DNA of 64,000 bases, taken from an uncultured delta proteobacterium. Its GTDB lineage: Bacteria > Desulfobacterota > Binatia > UBA9968. The notes under the pieces are model-generated. The model was given only the letters and a program-made list of their open reading frames with translations. It made no database searches and was not told where the DNA came from. The stretch covers positions 1 through 64,000 of the forward strand of contig CAVUVW010000006.1 of NCBI GenBank assembly GCA_963745035.1, in the 5' to 3' direction. Shown one piece after another: positions 10,687 to 20,934 of the stretch. A program made the translations under genes and the position numbers. The stretch's first letter is position 1. The number at the start of each line of letters is the position of its first letter.

Positions 10687-11540
10687 TCATACTTTTCCCA
10701 GAGGGATCATCTCTGGAAATGCAACCAAAATGGCTAAAGAACGCGCGAAGCCATCTAAGCCAGGGAAGAGCGTTGCGGTATTCATATTCATACGATTGAG
10801 ATGCCAGAAAATTTCTTTGCGGGTGTCTACCGAATCCTCAATAACAAACTGCACTAGGGCCCTGTGACCCGGGGAGGGTAGGACAGCTGCAATATTTTCC
10901 TCAAATGGAACAGACACATTGCCCGGGCATAGAAAAAGACCCTGTTGGATAACGAGGCGTTGATTGAGCCGGAACGGATTCACGGTGCGACCAGACTAAG
11001 CGGCGGATCTCTGTCGAAAATACTATTGAAGCATTTTTGTGAATCGATGTAGCCTCTATCGTCCAGACACCGATCTTGAACGTCGCCAGGTACAGTCGAA
11101 CGGAGCGCGGAATTGATAACGCTTCGATCAAGCGCCCAAACTCCTGCTGCTTTGTCTGCTTGCTCAATTGCAAAGTACACCGCGACAAAAAAAGAATATG
11201 TCCAATCTTGAAGGCGCGTGGGAGTGCCGTGATGCTGCATTAGCGCAAGCCATTCCAGTGCATAATCGGGATTCGGCAAATCTGTACTGTGATGGTGCGA
11301 TTGACGTTTGAACCGACGTATTAACCCTTTTTCGATGTTGGGCGATTTCCTCAGCTCCCAACCGAAACGGCTTACTATTCGCTCAAGGGTGGTTTCGAGT
11401 CCCCAACTCGAGTCCTTTTGGCCACGAAAAATCCATTTCTGAACGTCCCTACCCAACTTTAAATATTGGTCATAAAGTTGCTGCCAAGATGCAATGTGCC
11501 TTTCCTGAACGTGCGGTTTAAGGACCGATCCAATCGGCAT
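10687..11540 (-). CDS. FRG-domain protein (frameshifted)
   Basis: WIFRGQKDSSWGL, WLALMQHHGTPTRLQDWT, NQRLVIQQGLF, LFPGLDG. Confidence 0.85.
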
Positions 11541-11749
11541 CGTCGTTCTCCTTTTTCGCCTGTTCGTTCAGTAATTGAGGAAGCCTGGGAGCGGCATTTT
11601 AGTTGCGGCGAAACCTTTGTTCGAGGCGGGTATTTTGTGCCATGTCTGTGCCATACGCAGATGAAATCATCTGCATTCACACAACATCGAAGCTTGATTT
11701 TCCTAGCTGATTTTTACTGAACTGAACTCAGTTGAACGGCTGAGCACTT

Positions 11750-11788
11750 TTAGGAATCCTGTGCTCTATCCACCTGAGCTACGGGGGC
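11750..11788 (-). pseudogene. Displaced 5' half of tRNA-Arg(CCT) (right att)
   Basis: Identical to 3-41 but the sequence diverges right after the anticodon loop TTCCTAA. Confidence 0.9.
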
Positions 11789-11854
11789 GCAGGGAATATC
11801 AGCTGGTTACAATTCCTGTTTTCTCTCTCCGTGTCAAACTCTGTCAATTTTCCC

Positions 11855-12088
11855 CTATTCGTTATCGCCAAACTGGTTGATGAGCAGATCGATCTCTGCT
11901 TGCGGGTCTTTGATCGAGTTAGTTTCGTCAATCGTAAAAACTCGTTCTTTGCCGCCGCTCTCGACAACAAGTTCGAAGGCGTCTTTGTCTGGAATATTCC
12001 GGCAGCTCAGACGATCGATAGGAATCTTCCTCTCGGAGGCCGTTTGCTTCAATTGCGTTACAAAGCGGTCTCGGTCTTGTTGAGCCAT
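11855..12088 (-). CDS. Hypothetical protein, 77 aa
   Basis: Clean ORF with AGGAGG RBS, lying between the tRNA fragment and the integrase remnant. Confidence 0.55.
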   Translation of the reverse strand: MAQQDRDRFVTQLKQTASERKIPIDRLSCRNIPDKDAFELVVESGGKERVFTIDETNSIKDPQAEIDLLINQFGDNE

Positions 12089-12115
12089 AGATTAGTCCCT
12101 CCTATATGACGAACT

Positions 12116-12440
12116 TTAACCGGTCTGAATGAGCCGTTCTAGATCCGTCATTGCATTCTGTTCCCTGTCCCGCAGGAAATGCGCATAGACTCTCATCTCA
12201 TCGACAAGTCGGCATGCCCCAGATAAGCGGAAATCTGCGTGATGGGGCGCTTTAGCAGAATCAGCATGCTTGCGTAGCTATGCATCGTTACCTGCTTTTT
12301 GGATTGCCTTATAGATAGCGCCCGGCCCAACGCCGTAACGGCCGATTCCGGTACGATTGGCGAAATCGCCGAACTCATTGCAGAAAAACCTGGGTTAAGC
12401 CGGCTCGTCGGCGCATCTCTCTTTCCAAGCGCGCAACACA
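12116..12440 (-). pseudogene. Remnant C-terminus of a second, related tyrosine integrase
   Basis: Homologous to 118-440 (FCNEFGDFANRTGIGRYG, YASMLILL, ISAYLGHADLS, FLRDREQNAMTDLERLIQ); the LRH part of the HxLRH motif is deleted. Confidence 0.85.
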
Positions 12441-12560
12441 GGAATCCAGCGGAAAAGTTTTTCAGGATTATAAAACGTTGTACCAAATTCTTTGGTCGTA
12501 TGATAAAGTCGCCGGCGTTCGCTCGGTATTTACAGCTTACGAGGCCAGAAAGAAAGCGCA

Positions 12561-13928
12561 ATGCACGACTCTCCCTTTCATTTTCCTGAGGCTCCATTCA
12601 AGACGACGCCCGACCCGAAGTTTTACTACTCCAATCAAGTTTTTAAAAATGCTTGGGCTACTCTCCGCTTCGGCATCTATGCCCGCAAAGGTTTCATTGT
12701 GATCACTGGTGAACCGGGCACCGGAAAAACTACCTTACTCAGAAGAGCCATGCGCGATTTTGGCTCGAACATTAAAACCGCTTACATAACGGAGACTCTG
12801 GTCGGTGGCACCGACTTCCTTCATCTGACGTTCACTGAACTGGCGTTAGGAGATTCGAGTCAAAACCGTCCAGCGATAACCAAGCGCCTCAATGATTATT
12901 TGCTCGAACAGTTCGAGCAAGGAAATACCGTCGCTCTTCTTGTCGACGAGGCGCAAAAACTGTCCCTGGAAGGATTAGAAGAGCTGAGGTGTCTCGGTAA
13001 TCTGGAAACCGACAGAGACAAACTCCTGCAGATCGTTCTGGCAGGACAACCTGAGCTTGACCAAAAATTGGATCAACCGGAACTTCGTCAGTTGAAACAG
13101 CGAATCGCGCTGCGCTGCCAGCTTAAACCCATTACGCACGACGAGGTGCGAGCCTACATGGATTCGCGGCTGCATATCATCGGTTACAATAGCGAGAATC
13201 TGTTTGAACCGAATGCCATTGAAAAGATTGCCTGTTATTCAAATGGAATTCCTCGCCTCATCAACACTATCTGCGATAACGCATTTTTGGTCGCTTATTC
13301 CCGGTCTGCACGAAAAGTGACTGCCGCTATGATCGACACCGTTGCCGAGAATTTACGCCTTGGTCTTGGCCAGTATCCATTTAACCAGAAGGGAGGACCC
13401 CAATCCGCACCGGGACGCGAAGACGATTCCACGACCCGCCAGTTGCTCAACCCAATCACTCGCATTTTGGGGACGATTGTATTAGTGAGCGCATTAGGTG
13501 TTTTCTTCTATTCACACGAGTTGGGCCTTTCTGCTTCAGGCCCACAACGTGATCTTGCAACAGTAGAAACGACTAAAACCGCAGCTGCAAAACAGAGGGC
13601 AATTGCAGAACACGCCTCGACGGATTCCAATGCATTTCAGGTCGAAAAATCCGGACAACTTCTGCACGATAGAAAACAGAGACCGCCGTCCAAAAGCAGA
13701 GAGTTGTTCGTCATTGGAGCTTCCTTCGTGCGGGCCGCGCCGAGCCCAAATGCAGAAATTATCGCAACACTCCCCCCCGGCACGCGTATTCAGGTCACGG
13801 GTCCAACAAGAGAGTACTATGGAGTCCGCTCTCGAGGAACAACGACTATTCGCGGCTATGTTCATAAAGAGGACGCCTTTTTTGAGCGCAAGAAAGAATC
13901 GCGATCAAAGCGTCATCGAAAATCATAG
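12561..13928 (+). CDS. ExeA/GspA-like AAA ATPase with TM segment and C-terminal SH3-like domain
   Basis: PFKTTPDPKFYY, ITGEPGTGKTT, LLVDEAQ, LQIVLAGQPEL, GIPRLINTICDN; C-terminal VRAAPSPNAEIIATLPPGTRI...GYV. Confidence 0.85.
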   Translation: MHDSPFHFPEAPFKTTPDPKFYYSNQVFKNAWATLRFGIYARKGFIVITGEPGTGKTTLLRRAMRDFGSNIKTAYITETLVGGTDFLHLTFTELALGDSSQNRPAITKRLNDYLLEQFEQGNTVALLVDEAQKLSLEGLEELRCLGNLETDRDKLLQIVLAGQPELDQKLDQPELRQLKQRIALRCQLKPITHDEVRAYMDSRLHIIGYNSENLFEPNAIEKIACYSNGIPRLINTICDNAFLVAYSRSARKVTAAMIDTVAENLRLGLGQYPFNQKGGPQSAPGREDDSTTRQLLNPITRILGTIVLVSALGVFFYSHELGLSASGPQRDLATVETTKTAAAKQRAIAEHASTDSNAFQVEKSGQLLHDRKQRPPSKSRELFVIGASFVRAAPSPNAEIIATLPPGTRIQVTGPTREYYGVRSRGTTTIRGYVHKEDAFFERKKESRSKRHRKS

Positions 13929-14291
13929 AAGTGCCTGATAACATTGCGCAGGTCGGGGCGCGCTCGTGGAGCGAGCAGAAGACGATCCTCGTGGAAGTGA
14001 TTTTCAACCAGCGCAGGCACTGGCAGGTGGCAGATGTTAGTCGAGTATGAACAGTGCCCTTTGCGCACTATATGCCATATACGAATCATACGGAGCCGAC
14101 GCTGAAACGGCTCGCGGCGCTCAAGCCACGTACGCTGGCAACCATGCATGGCTCGACGGGAAGCGGGCCATTGCGGACCTCGCACAGGCCATGAAGATGT
14201 CCTTGCGGGAAGCTAGGTAGCGGCCGTCACAACACGTCTTCCTGGCCTAACACGTCATTGCGGATCATCAATCGCAAAGTGGGGTCAAACC

Positions 14292-14579
14292 ATGCGGCGG
14301 AACGTTTTTAATCGTGGACTCGTCGAGGAAAAACGAAGTGAACGAACAAGTCGCTTGGCATCAATGCCGGCTCTCGGCTGCTGCGTCGCGCTCTGCTTCC
14401 AGGGCTGCAGCTCGGCGCCGACGCCGCTGACAATCACCATGCAGCATCCCGAAACCAAGCAAACGCTCACTTGCGCGGCAAAGGATCAGTTCGCGCGGGC
14501 CGATACGGCGATGCTCGCTAGCGCCGTGGAAAGCTGCGCAAAGGGCCTCGAAACGCGCGGCTTTGTTCGGCAGCGCTAG
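14292..14579 (+). CDS. Small lipoprotein
   Basis: Hydrophobic stretch with lipobox-like FQGC; VESCAKGLETRGF. Confidence 0.5.
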   Translation: MRRNVFNRGLVEEKRSERTSRLASMPALGCCVALCFQGCSSAPTPLTITMQHPETKQTLTCAAKDQFARADTAMLASAVESCAKGLETRGFVRQR

Positions 14580-14853
14580 CTCGTGCCATTGGTTTGACCG
14601 AGACAATCGTTCCGGCTAAGACTCCGATGACACCGAGCAGGCTGCCCGAAATCATACGCGAGATCCGCCGGACCCGAGGGAAAACTGATCTTCTAAATAC
14701 GCAACGCCCGTAACAGGTCTCAAGTTGCGGCAATTGCCCCGGCAGTGATGCGAAAATAAGTTTCATAAACCTGATCGGTTTTCTCCGGTATCTTGACTTT
14801 CCGAGACCCGGAGCTTAATTTCAGACCTATAAGGTCCACGTACGGGAGGAATC

Positions 14854-16023
<1,170 letters not shown>

Positions 16024-16047
16024 GCGCGCGCTTCTGAAATGTGAAAT

Positions 16048-16073
16048 AAAGGGCGGCCTCAGGGTCGCCCTTT
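16048..16073. terminator. Putative bidirectional intrinsic terminator
   Basis: AAAGGGCGGCC-TCAG-GGTCGCCCTTT hairpin between convergent moeB and rluB. Confidence 0.55.
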
Positions 16074-16856
16074 GTATTTTGGCGGGCGCGGGGCGCGCCG
16101 CGGTTTGGCAAAAGAACGCTCGGCGGGGCTTTGCAATCCGACTTCGCGCTTGAGCGCGTCGACTTCCAGGCGGCTCAACGGCCGCAGCTCGCCGAGCGGC
16201 AAAGTGCCGAGGGAGACCGAGCCCACTTTGACGCGGATCAACTTCTCGACGAAAAATCCCAGGGCTTCGAACATACGCCGCACCTCGCGCTTGCGCCCTT
16301 CGCGCACCTCGATCTCCACCCAGGCATTTTTCTTGAGCTTCTCGATCACCCGCCCGCGCGCCGGCGCGCTCATGCCGTCCTCCAGGCGAACGCCGCTGCG
16401 CAGCCGGGCCAAATCTTCCGGCGCTGGGCAGGCGCTCAGCTTGACGCGGTAGAGCTTCTTTACACCGAAGCGCGGGTGGGTCAGGCGCAGCGCCAATTCA
16501 CCGTCGTTGGTGAGCAGCAAGAGCCCGGTCGTGTTGTAGTCGAGGCGGCCGACGGGAAACAGCCTGCGCCTCTCGCCCAGGCGCGCGAGGTAAGGCGTTA
16601 AGTCCGGGCGCTTCTCCGGATCGTTCAGCGTGGTGATGATTCCCGGCGGCTTGTGAAACGCGTAGTAGAACGGCGCCGCGGCGGGCTGGACGCGCTTGCC
16701 GTCGACCTTGATGCTGTCTTTCGCGGGATCGGCTTGGGAGCCGAGCTTGCGGATGACCGTCCCATTCACCGAAACCCGCCCTTCGGCAATCCAGCGCTCC
16801 GCCTCGCGGCGGGATGCCAGTCCCGCGCGGGCGAGAATCTTTTGCAGCCGCTCCAT
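16059..16856 (-). CDS. rluB: Pseudouridine synthase RluB/RsuA family
   Basis: MERLQKILARAGLASRR S4 domain; PVGRLDYNTTGLLLLTNDGEL. Confidence 0.88.
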   Translation of the reverse strand: MERLQKILARAGLASRREAERWIAEGRVSVNGTVIRKLGSQADPAKDSIKVDGKRVQPAAAPFYYAFHKPPGIITTLNDPEKRPDLTPYLARLGERRRLFPVGRLDYNTTGLLLLTNDGELALRLTHPRFGVKKLYRVKLSACPAPEDLARLRSGVRLEDGMSAPARGRVIEKLKKNAWVEIEVREGRKREVRRMFEALGFFVEKLIRVKVGSVSLGTLPLGELRPLSRLEVDALKREVGLQSPAERSFAKPRRAPRPPKYKGRP

Positions 16857-16865
16857 GACGCGCGC

Positions 16866-17444
16866 CGCTAATTTTCTTCGAGCCTGGTCGATGGGCAGGA
16901 CCTCGCCGGGAATTTCTGGCAGCGAGATCTCTTCCATCTCCTTGAGGGTCGGCAGGTGCGAAAGATCCTTGAGATTGAAAAGCTGGAGAAACTCCGGTGT
17001 GGTGCCGTAAAGAAACGGCCGGCCAGGAACGTCCTTGCGCGCCACGGCGCGAATCAGGTTGCGCTCCAGCAGGGTCGTGATGACGCCGTCGACGTCGACG
17101 CCGCGGATCGCCTCGACTTCGGCTTTGGTGATCGGCTGGCGATACGCCACGATCGCCAAGGTTTCCAAAGTCGCTTTGCTCATCCGCGCCGGCCGGCCGC
17201 CGAGGAATTTTTTTACCCAGTCGGCGTGCGCCTTGGCCGTGCGCAATTGGTAGCCGCCGGCGACCTCGACCAGGCGTATGCCGCGATTCTGGTCTTCGTA
17301 TTCGCGTTGCAGCTCGAGCAAAATATTCTGCAGCGTCTGCCGGTCGACGTGTTCGAGCACCTCGCCCAAGCGGTGCAAAGTCTGCGGCCCGTCGGCGACG
17401 AACAAAAGGCTCTCGACCACGGATTTTAATTCTTCACGCTCCAT
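16866..17444 (-). CDS. scpB: SMC-Scp complex subunit ScpB (reads through into rluB in this assembly)
   Basis: LVEVAGGYQLRT, LETLAIVAYRQPITKAEVEAIRGV, GRPFLYGTT. Confidence 0.9.
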
Positions 17445-18204
17445 CTTGCTCTTCCTCGGCTTCTTCGAGCACGACCCGCTCCGCCGCTTCATCCATCCCG
17501 GCCGCCGCTTCGATCAAAATCTCGCCGCCCGGCTTGTCTTGAAAGACGCGGATCGCCCGCACCTTGACCAGCTCGAGCATCGCCAAAAACGTCACGATGA
17601 TCTCCATCCGGCTTTTCACCTCGGCGAAAAGAGCTTCGAAAACGATCCGGCTCTCGCTCCGCAGCCGTTCGAGCAGCAGGGTCATCTTCTCCCGCACGGT
17701 GATCTTTTCCAGAGTGACTTCGTGGACGATGTCTTTGGGCAATCGATCGATCACCCGTTTGAGCGCGCCCAGGAGCTCGAATACCGAGACTTCGCGGAAT
17801 TCGCGCGGTCCGGTTTCCTCGACCGGCGTCGTGGCGCGGACGAACACGTCACGGGTCAGAACTTCGCGTTGCTCCAGCTCCGCCGCGGCTTCCTTGTAGC
17901 GCTGGTACTCCAGCAGGCGCCGCACCAGCTCGGCGCGCGGATCGATGCCCTCCTCCTCATCCGGCTCCTCGTCTCCCGCCGGCAGCAGCTCGCGCGACTT
18001 GATATGGATGAGAGTGGCCGCCATGACGAGAAACTCGCCGGCCACGTCCAAGCTCAAGCTCTGCATCAAATCCAGCGTTGCCAGATATTGTTCGGTGATC
18101 GCGGCGATCGGTATGTCGGTGACGCTGACTTCATTTTTCTTGATCAGGTGGAGCAGCAGGTCCAGCGGACCCTCGAAAATCTCGAGTTGTATTTTCGTGC
18201 TCAC
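17434..18204 (-). CDS. scpA: Segregation and condensation protein A
   Basis: FEGPLDLLLHLI, AGEFLVMAATLIHIKSR, FLAMLELVK. Confidence 0.92.
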   Translation of the reverse strand: MSTKIQLEIFEGPLDLLLHLIKKNEVSVTDIPIAAITEQYLATLDLMQSLSLDVAGEFLVMAATLIHIKSRELLPAGDEEPDEEEGIDPRAELVRRLLEYQRYKEAAAELEQREVLTRDVFVRATTPVEETGPREFREVSVFELLGALKRVIDRLPKDIVHEVTLEKITVREKMTLLLERLRSESRIVFEALFAEVKSRMEIIVTFLAMLELVKVRAIRVFQDKPGGEILIEAAAGMDEAAERVVLEEAEEEQDGA

Positions 18205-19178
18205 AGCGTCAAAGCCTCGCGCACTTCCGCCAGGGTCGCGGCGGCTTTTTGCTGCGCGGTCTCGGTGCCAGCGGCGAGAACGGCTTCCACCTCGCCGGGT
18301 TGTTTCTCGAGCTGCACGCGGCGCTCGCGAATCGGCGCGAGGTCGTCGATGACGTGCTTGATCATGATCTTCTTGCAATCGAGGCAGCCGATCCCGGCGG
18401 TCCGGCAGCCCCGGCTCACTTCGTCGATCTCCTGCGCCGTGCAGTAAATTTTGTGGAGCTGAAAAGCCGGGCACTTTTCCGGCTCGCCGGGATCGGTGCG
18501 CTTCACCCGCGCCGGATCGGTCATCATGCGGCTGATCTTGGCGTCGATGTCTTTGGGCGTGTCGGACAAGAAGACCGCGTTGCCGTAACTCTTGCTCATC
18601 TTGCGTCCGTCCAGACCGGGAACCCTCTGCGCCTCGGTCAACAGCACTTCCGGCTCGGGAAAGATCGGCCCGTACAGTTGATTGAAGCGCCGGACGATCT
18701 CGCGGGTCAGTTCCACGTGCGGCGCCTGGTCGACGCCGACCGGCACTTTATTGGCTTTGTAGATCGTAATGTCGGCGGCCTGCAGCACCGGATAGCCGAG
18801 AAAACCGTAGGTCGATAGATCTTTGCCGACGATCTCCTTCATCTGTTCCTTATAAGTCGGGTTGCGTTCCAGCCACGGCACCGGTGTGATCATCGAGTAG
18901 AGCAAGTGCAGCTCGGCGTGTTCTTTGACTCTCGACTGGCGAAAGATGACCGACTTGGCCGGATCGAGGCCGACTGCGAGCCAATCCATCACCATCTCGA
19001 TGGTGCTCTCGCGAATGCCTTGAGGCGCGGCGTAGTCGGTCGTCAGCGCATGCCAATCGGCGACGAAAAAGTAACACCGAAAGCGCTCCTGCAGCCGCAG
19101 CCAATTGACGAGCGCGCCGTGGAAGTGTCCCAGATGAAGTTTCCCGGTGGGCCGCATGCCGCTGACGATGGTTTCCAT
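18201..19178 (-). CDS. trpS: Tryptophan--tRNA ligase
   Basis: SGMRPTGKLHLGH, YPVLQAADI, VPVGVDQ, KMSKS. Confidence 0.96.
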   Translation of the reverse strand: METIVSGMRPTGKLHLGHFHGALVNWLRLQERFRCYFFVADWHALTTDYAAPQGIRESTIEMVMDWLAVGLDPAKSVIFRQSRVKEHAELHLLYSMITPVPWLERNPTYKEQMKEIVGKDLSTYGFLGYPVLQAADITIYKANKVPVGVDQAPHVELTREIVRRFNQLYGPIFPEPEVLLTEAQRVPGLDGRKMSKSYGNAVFLSDTPKDIDAKISRMMTDPARVKRTDPGEPEKCPAFQLHKIYCTAQEIDEVSRGCRTAGIGCLDCKKIMIKHVIDDLAPIRERRVQLEKQPGEVEAVLAAGTETAQQKAAATLAEVREALTL

Positions 19179-19181
19179 GAG

Positions 19182-19853
19182 CTAAAAGACTCCCAGATAG
19201 AGTTTCAATAGGAATTCCGTCGGCGGGTGAATGATCCGGTCCAAGCTTCTGGTCATCAGCAGTACGATCAGGATGATAAAGCCGAAAGGCTCGATGCGCG
19301 CGACCAGAGAGGCCAGCGGCAACGGCAGTAATCCGATCAGCACTCGGCCGCCGTCGAGCGGCGGCAACGGCAGCATGTTGAACACCGCCAGGGTGACGTT
19401 GATCAAAATCCCGCTCTGCGCCATCAAGACCAACGGCGCAAAAAAATCGATCAGGCTCGACAGCGAATAGGACGCGCCTTGGGCGGCGGTCATGGGAACG
19501 AGCGCCCGCCAGATCAACGCGCACACGGCGGCCAGGAGCAGATTCGTGACCGGCCCGGCGGCCGCGACCCAAATCATGTCGCGTTTGGGATTGCGCAGAT
19601 TGTGAAAATTCACCGGCACCGGCTTGGCATAGCCGAAGACGAACGGCGAATGAGCGACGATAAGCATGAGCGGTACCAGGATGGTGCCGAACAGATCGAC
19701 GTGGGCGAAGGGATTCAACGTCAAGCGGCCGAGCTGCCGCGCCGTCGGATCGCCGAGACGATAGGCCACCCAGCCGTGCGCGACTTCATGAAACACCACC
19801 GCTGCCACTACTGGAAGCGCCCAGATAATGATTTGACCGACGATTTGTTCCAA
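19182..19853 (-). CDS. Site-2 protease family (M50) metalloprotease
   Basis: [27 protein letters not shown]. Confidence 0.9.
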   Translation of the reverse strand: MEQIVGQIIIWALPVVAAVVFHEVAHGWVAYRLGDPTARQLGRLTLNPFAHVDLFGTILVPLMLIVAHSPFVFGYAKPVPVNFHNLRNPKRDMIWVAAAGPVTNLLLAAVCALIWRALVPMTAAQGASYSLSSLIDFFAPLVLMAQSGILINVTLAVFNMLPLPPLDGGRVLIGLLPLPLASLVARIEPFGFIILIVLLMTRSLDRIIHPPTEFLLKLYLGVF

Positions 19854-19919
19854 GACAATCTCGCGGGAGAGTCAGTGTATGAATACGGCATGGCCTGCCA
19901 AAAGACAAGGCGGCGGAAG

Positions 19920-20010
19920 GATTGGAGTATTGGAGTACTGGAATGTTGGAGTGATGCTTCATCCGTCCCCTCCTTCCAATACTCCATTACTCCACTACTC
20001 CATTCTTCAT
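19920..20010. repeat. Inverted pair of 8-mer tandem repeats (TGGAGTAN / NTACTCCA)
   Basis: ATTGGAGTATTGGAGTACTGG...CCAATACTCCATTACTCCACTACTCCA. Confidence 0.7.
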
Positions 20011-20934
20011 TCTCCGTGTTGCCCGGGTTTCTCTCGGATGATGCTCCCGATGCACCTTCTTCAGGCGCGCGCCGTCGACATGGGTGTAAATCTGCGTGGT
20101 CGAGATATCGGCGTGGCCGAGCATCGACTGCACCGAGCGCAGGTCGGCGCCGCGTTCGAGCAAATGGGTGGCGAACGAATGGCGCAAAGTATGCGGCGTC
20201 ACCCGCTTTTCGACGCCGGCCGCCAGAGCGTAGCGGCGGATAAGCTTCCAAAAACCTTGGCGCGTGAGCGGCCTTCCCGAGCGGTTGGTGAAAACGTACG
20301 GGCTGCTTTTTCCTTTGAGCAGGGCCGTCCGGTTCTGGCGGATAAAACTTGTCAAGCTGTCTCTGGCCCACTTGCCAAACGGCACGGCTCGGACTTTTGC
20401 GCCTTTGCCTTTGATGGTCAGATAATTGCCGTCGAAATTGATCTGGCGGAGCTCCAATCGAACCAGCTCCGACACTCTCAATCCCGTGGCATACAGCGTC
20501 TCCAGCATGGCCCGGTCGCGGGCGCCGAGGGCTTCCTTGGCATCGGGCTGGCTCAAGAGCTTGCGCACGTCGTCCGCGGAGAGAGTTTGCGGCAATTTCC
20601 GCGGGCCGGGCTGAAGAACCAACGGCGGCAGGCTGTGCGCCGCAATGAGTCCCTCGGTTTCGAGAAACTGCAGCAGGCGCCGCAGCGTGACCACGTGGCG
20701 CGCGATGCTGCGCGGACTCAGCGCGCCGGCGCGGAGCGCGCCGATAAACGATCGGATGAGACGCGCGTCCACCTCCCGCCAATCGGCCACGCCGCGAGCC
20801 GTGAGAAACTCCGAAAGTTTTCTCAGATCGCGGGCATACGCTTCGACGGTGTTGCGCGCCAGGCCCTTCTCCACCGCGGCCACCGCCAGGAACGCGTCAA
20901 TGGAGGGGCTCAGCGGGTCTTTCGTTGCCTTCAT
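19987..20934 (-). CDS. xerD: Site-specific tyrosine recombinase XerD
   Basis: [72 protein letters not shown]. Confidence 0.9.
   Translation of the reverse strand: MKATKDPLSPSIDAFLAVAAVEKGLARNTVEAYARDLRKLSEFLTARGVADWREVDARLIRSFIGALRAGALSPRSIARHVVTLRRLLQFLETEGLIAAHSLPPLVLQPGPRKLPQTLSADDVRKLLSQPDAKEALGARDRAMLETLYATGLRVSELVRLELRQINFDGNYLTIKGKGAKVRAVPFGKWARDSLTSFIRQNRTALLKGKSSPYVFTNRSGRPLTRQGFWKLIRRYALAAGVEKRVTPHTLRHSFATHLLERGADLRSVQSMLGHADISTTQIYTHVDGARLKKVHREHHPRETRATRRMKNGVVE

Larger units (their letters stand above)
3..11791. mobile_element. Integrative phage-related element(s) in tRNA-Arg: integrase, Xis, TerS/TerL, cargo, no capsid genes
   Basis: Bounded by 42-bp tRNA-derived direct repeats; integrase adjacent to the left att; phage packaging genes inside. 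Confidence 0.85.

Noticed and set aside
16059-17492. Apparent ScpB-RluB fusion protein
   Set aside because: A GAA GAA AAT TAG stop lies in a neighbouring frame just before the rluB ATG; one indel explains the fusion in this error-rich sequence.
19920-20010. Short periodic repeats as a CRISPR array
   Set aside because: No repeat-spacer structure and no cas genes in the window.
19987-20934. xerD as a further mobile-element integrase
   Set aside because: Typical XerD motifs and housekeeping context (glnD, site-2 protease, trpS, scpAB).
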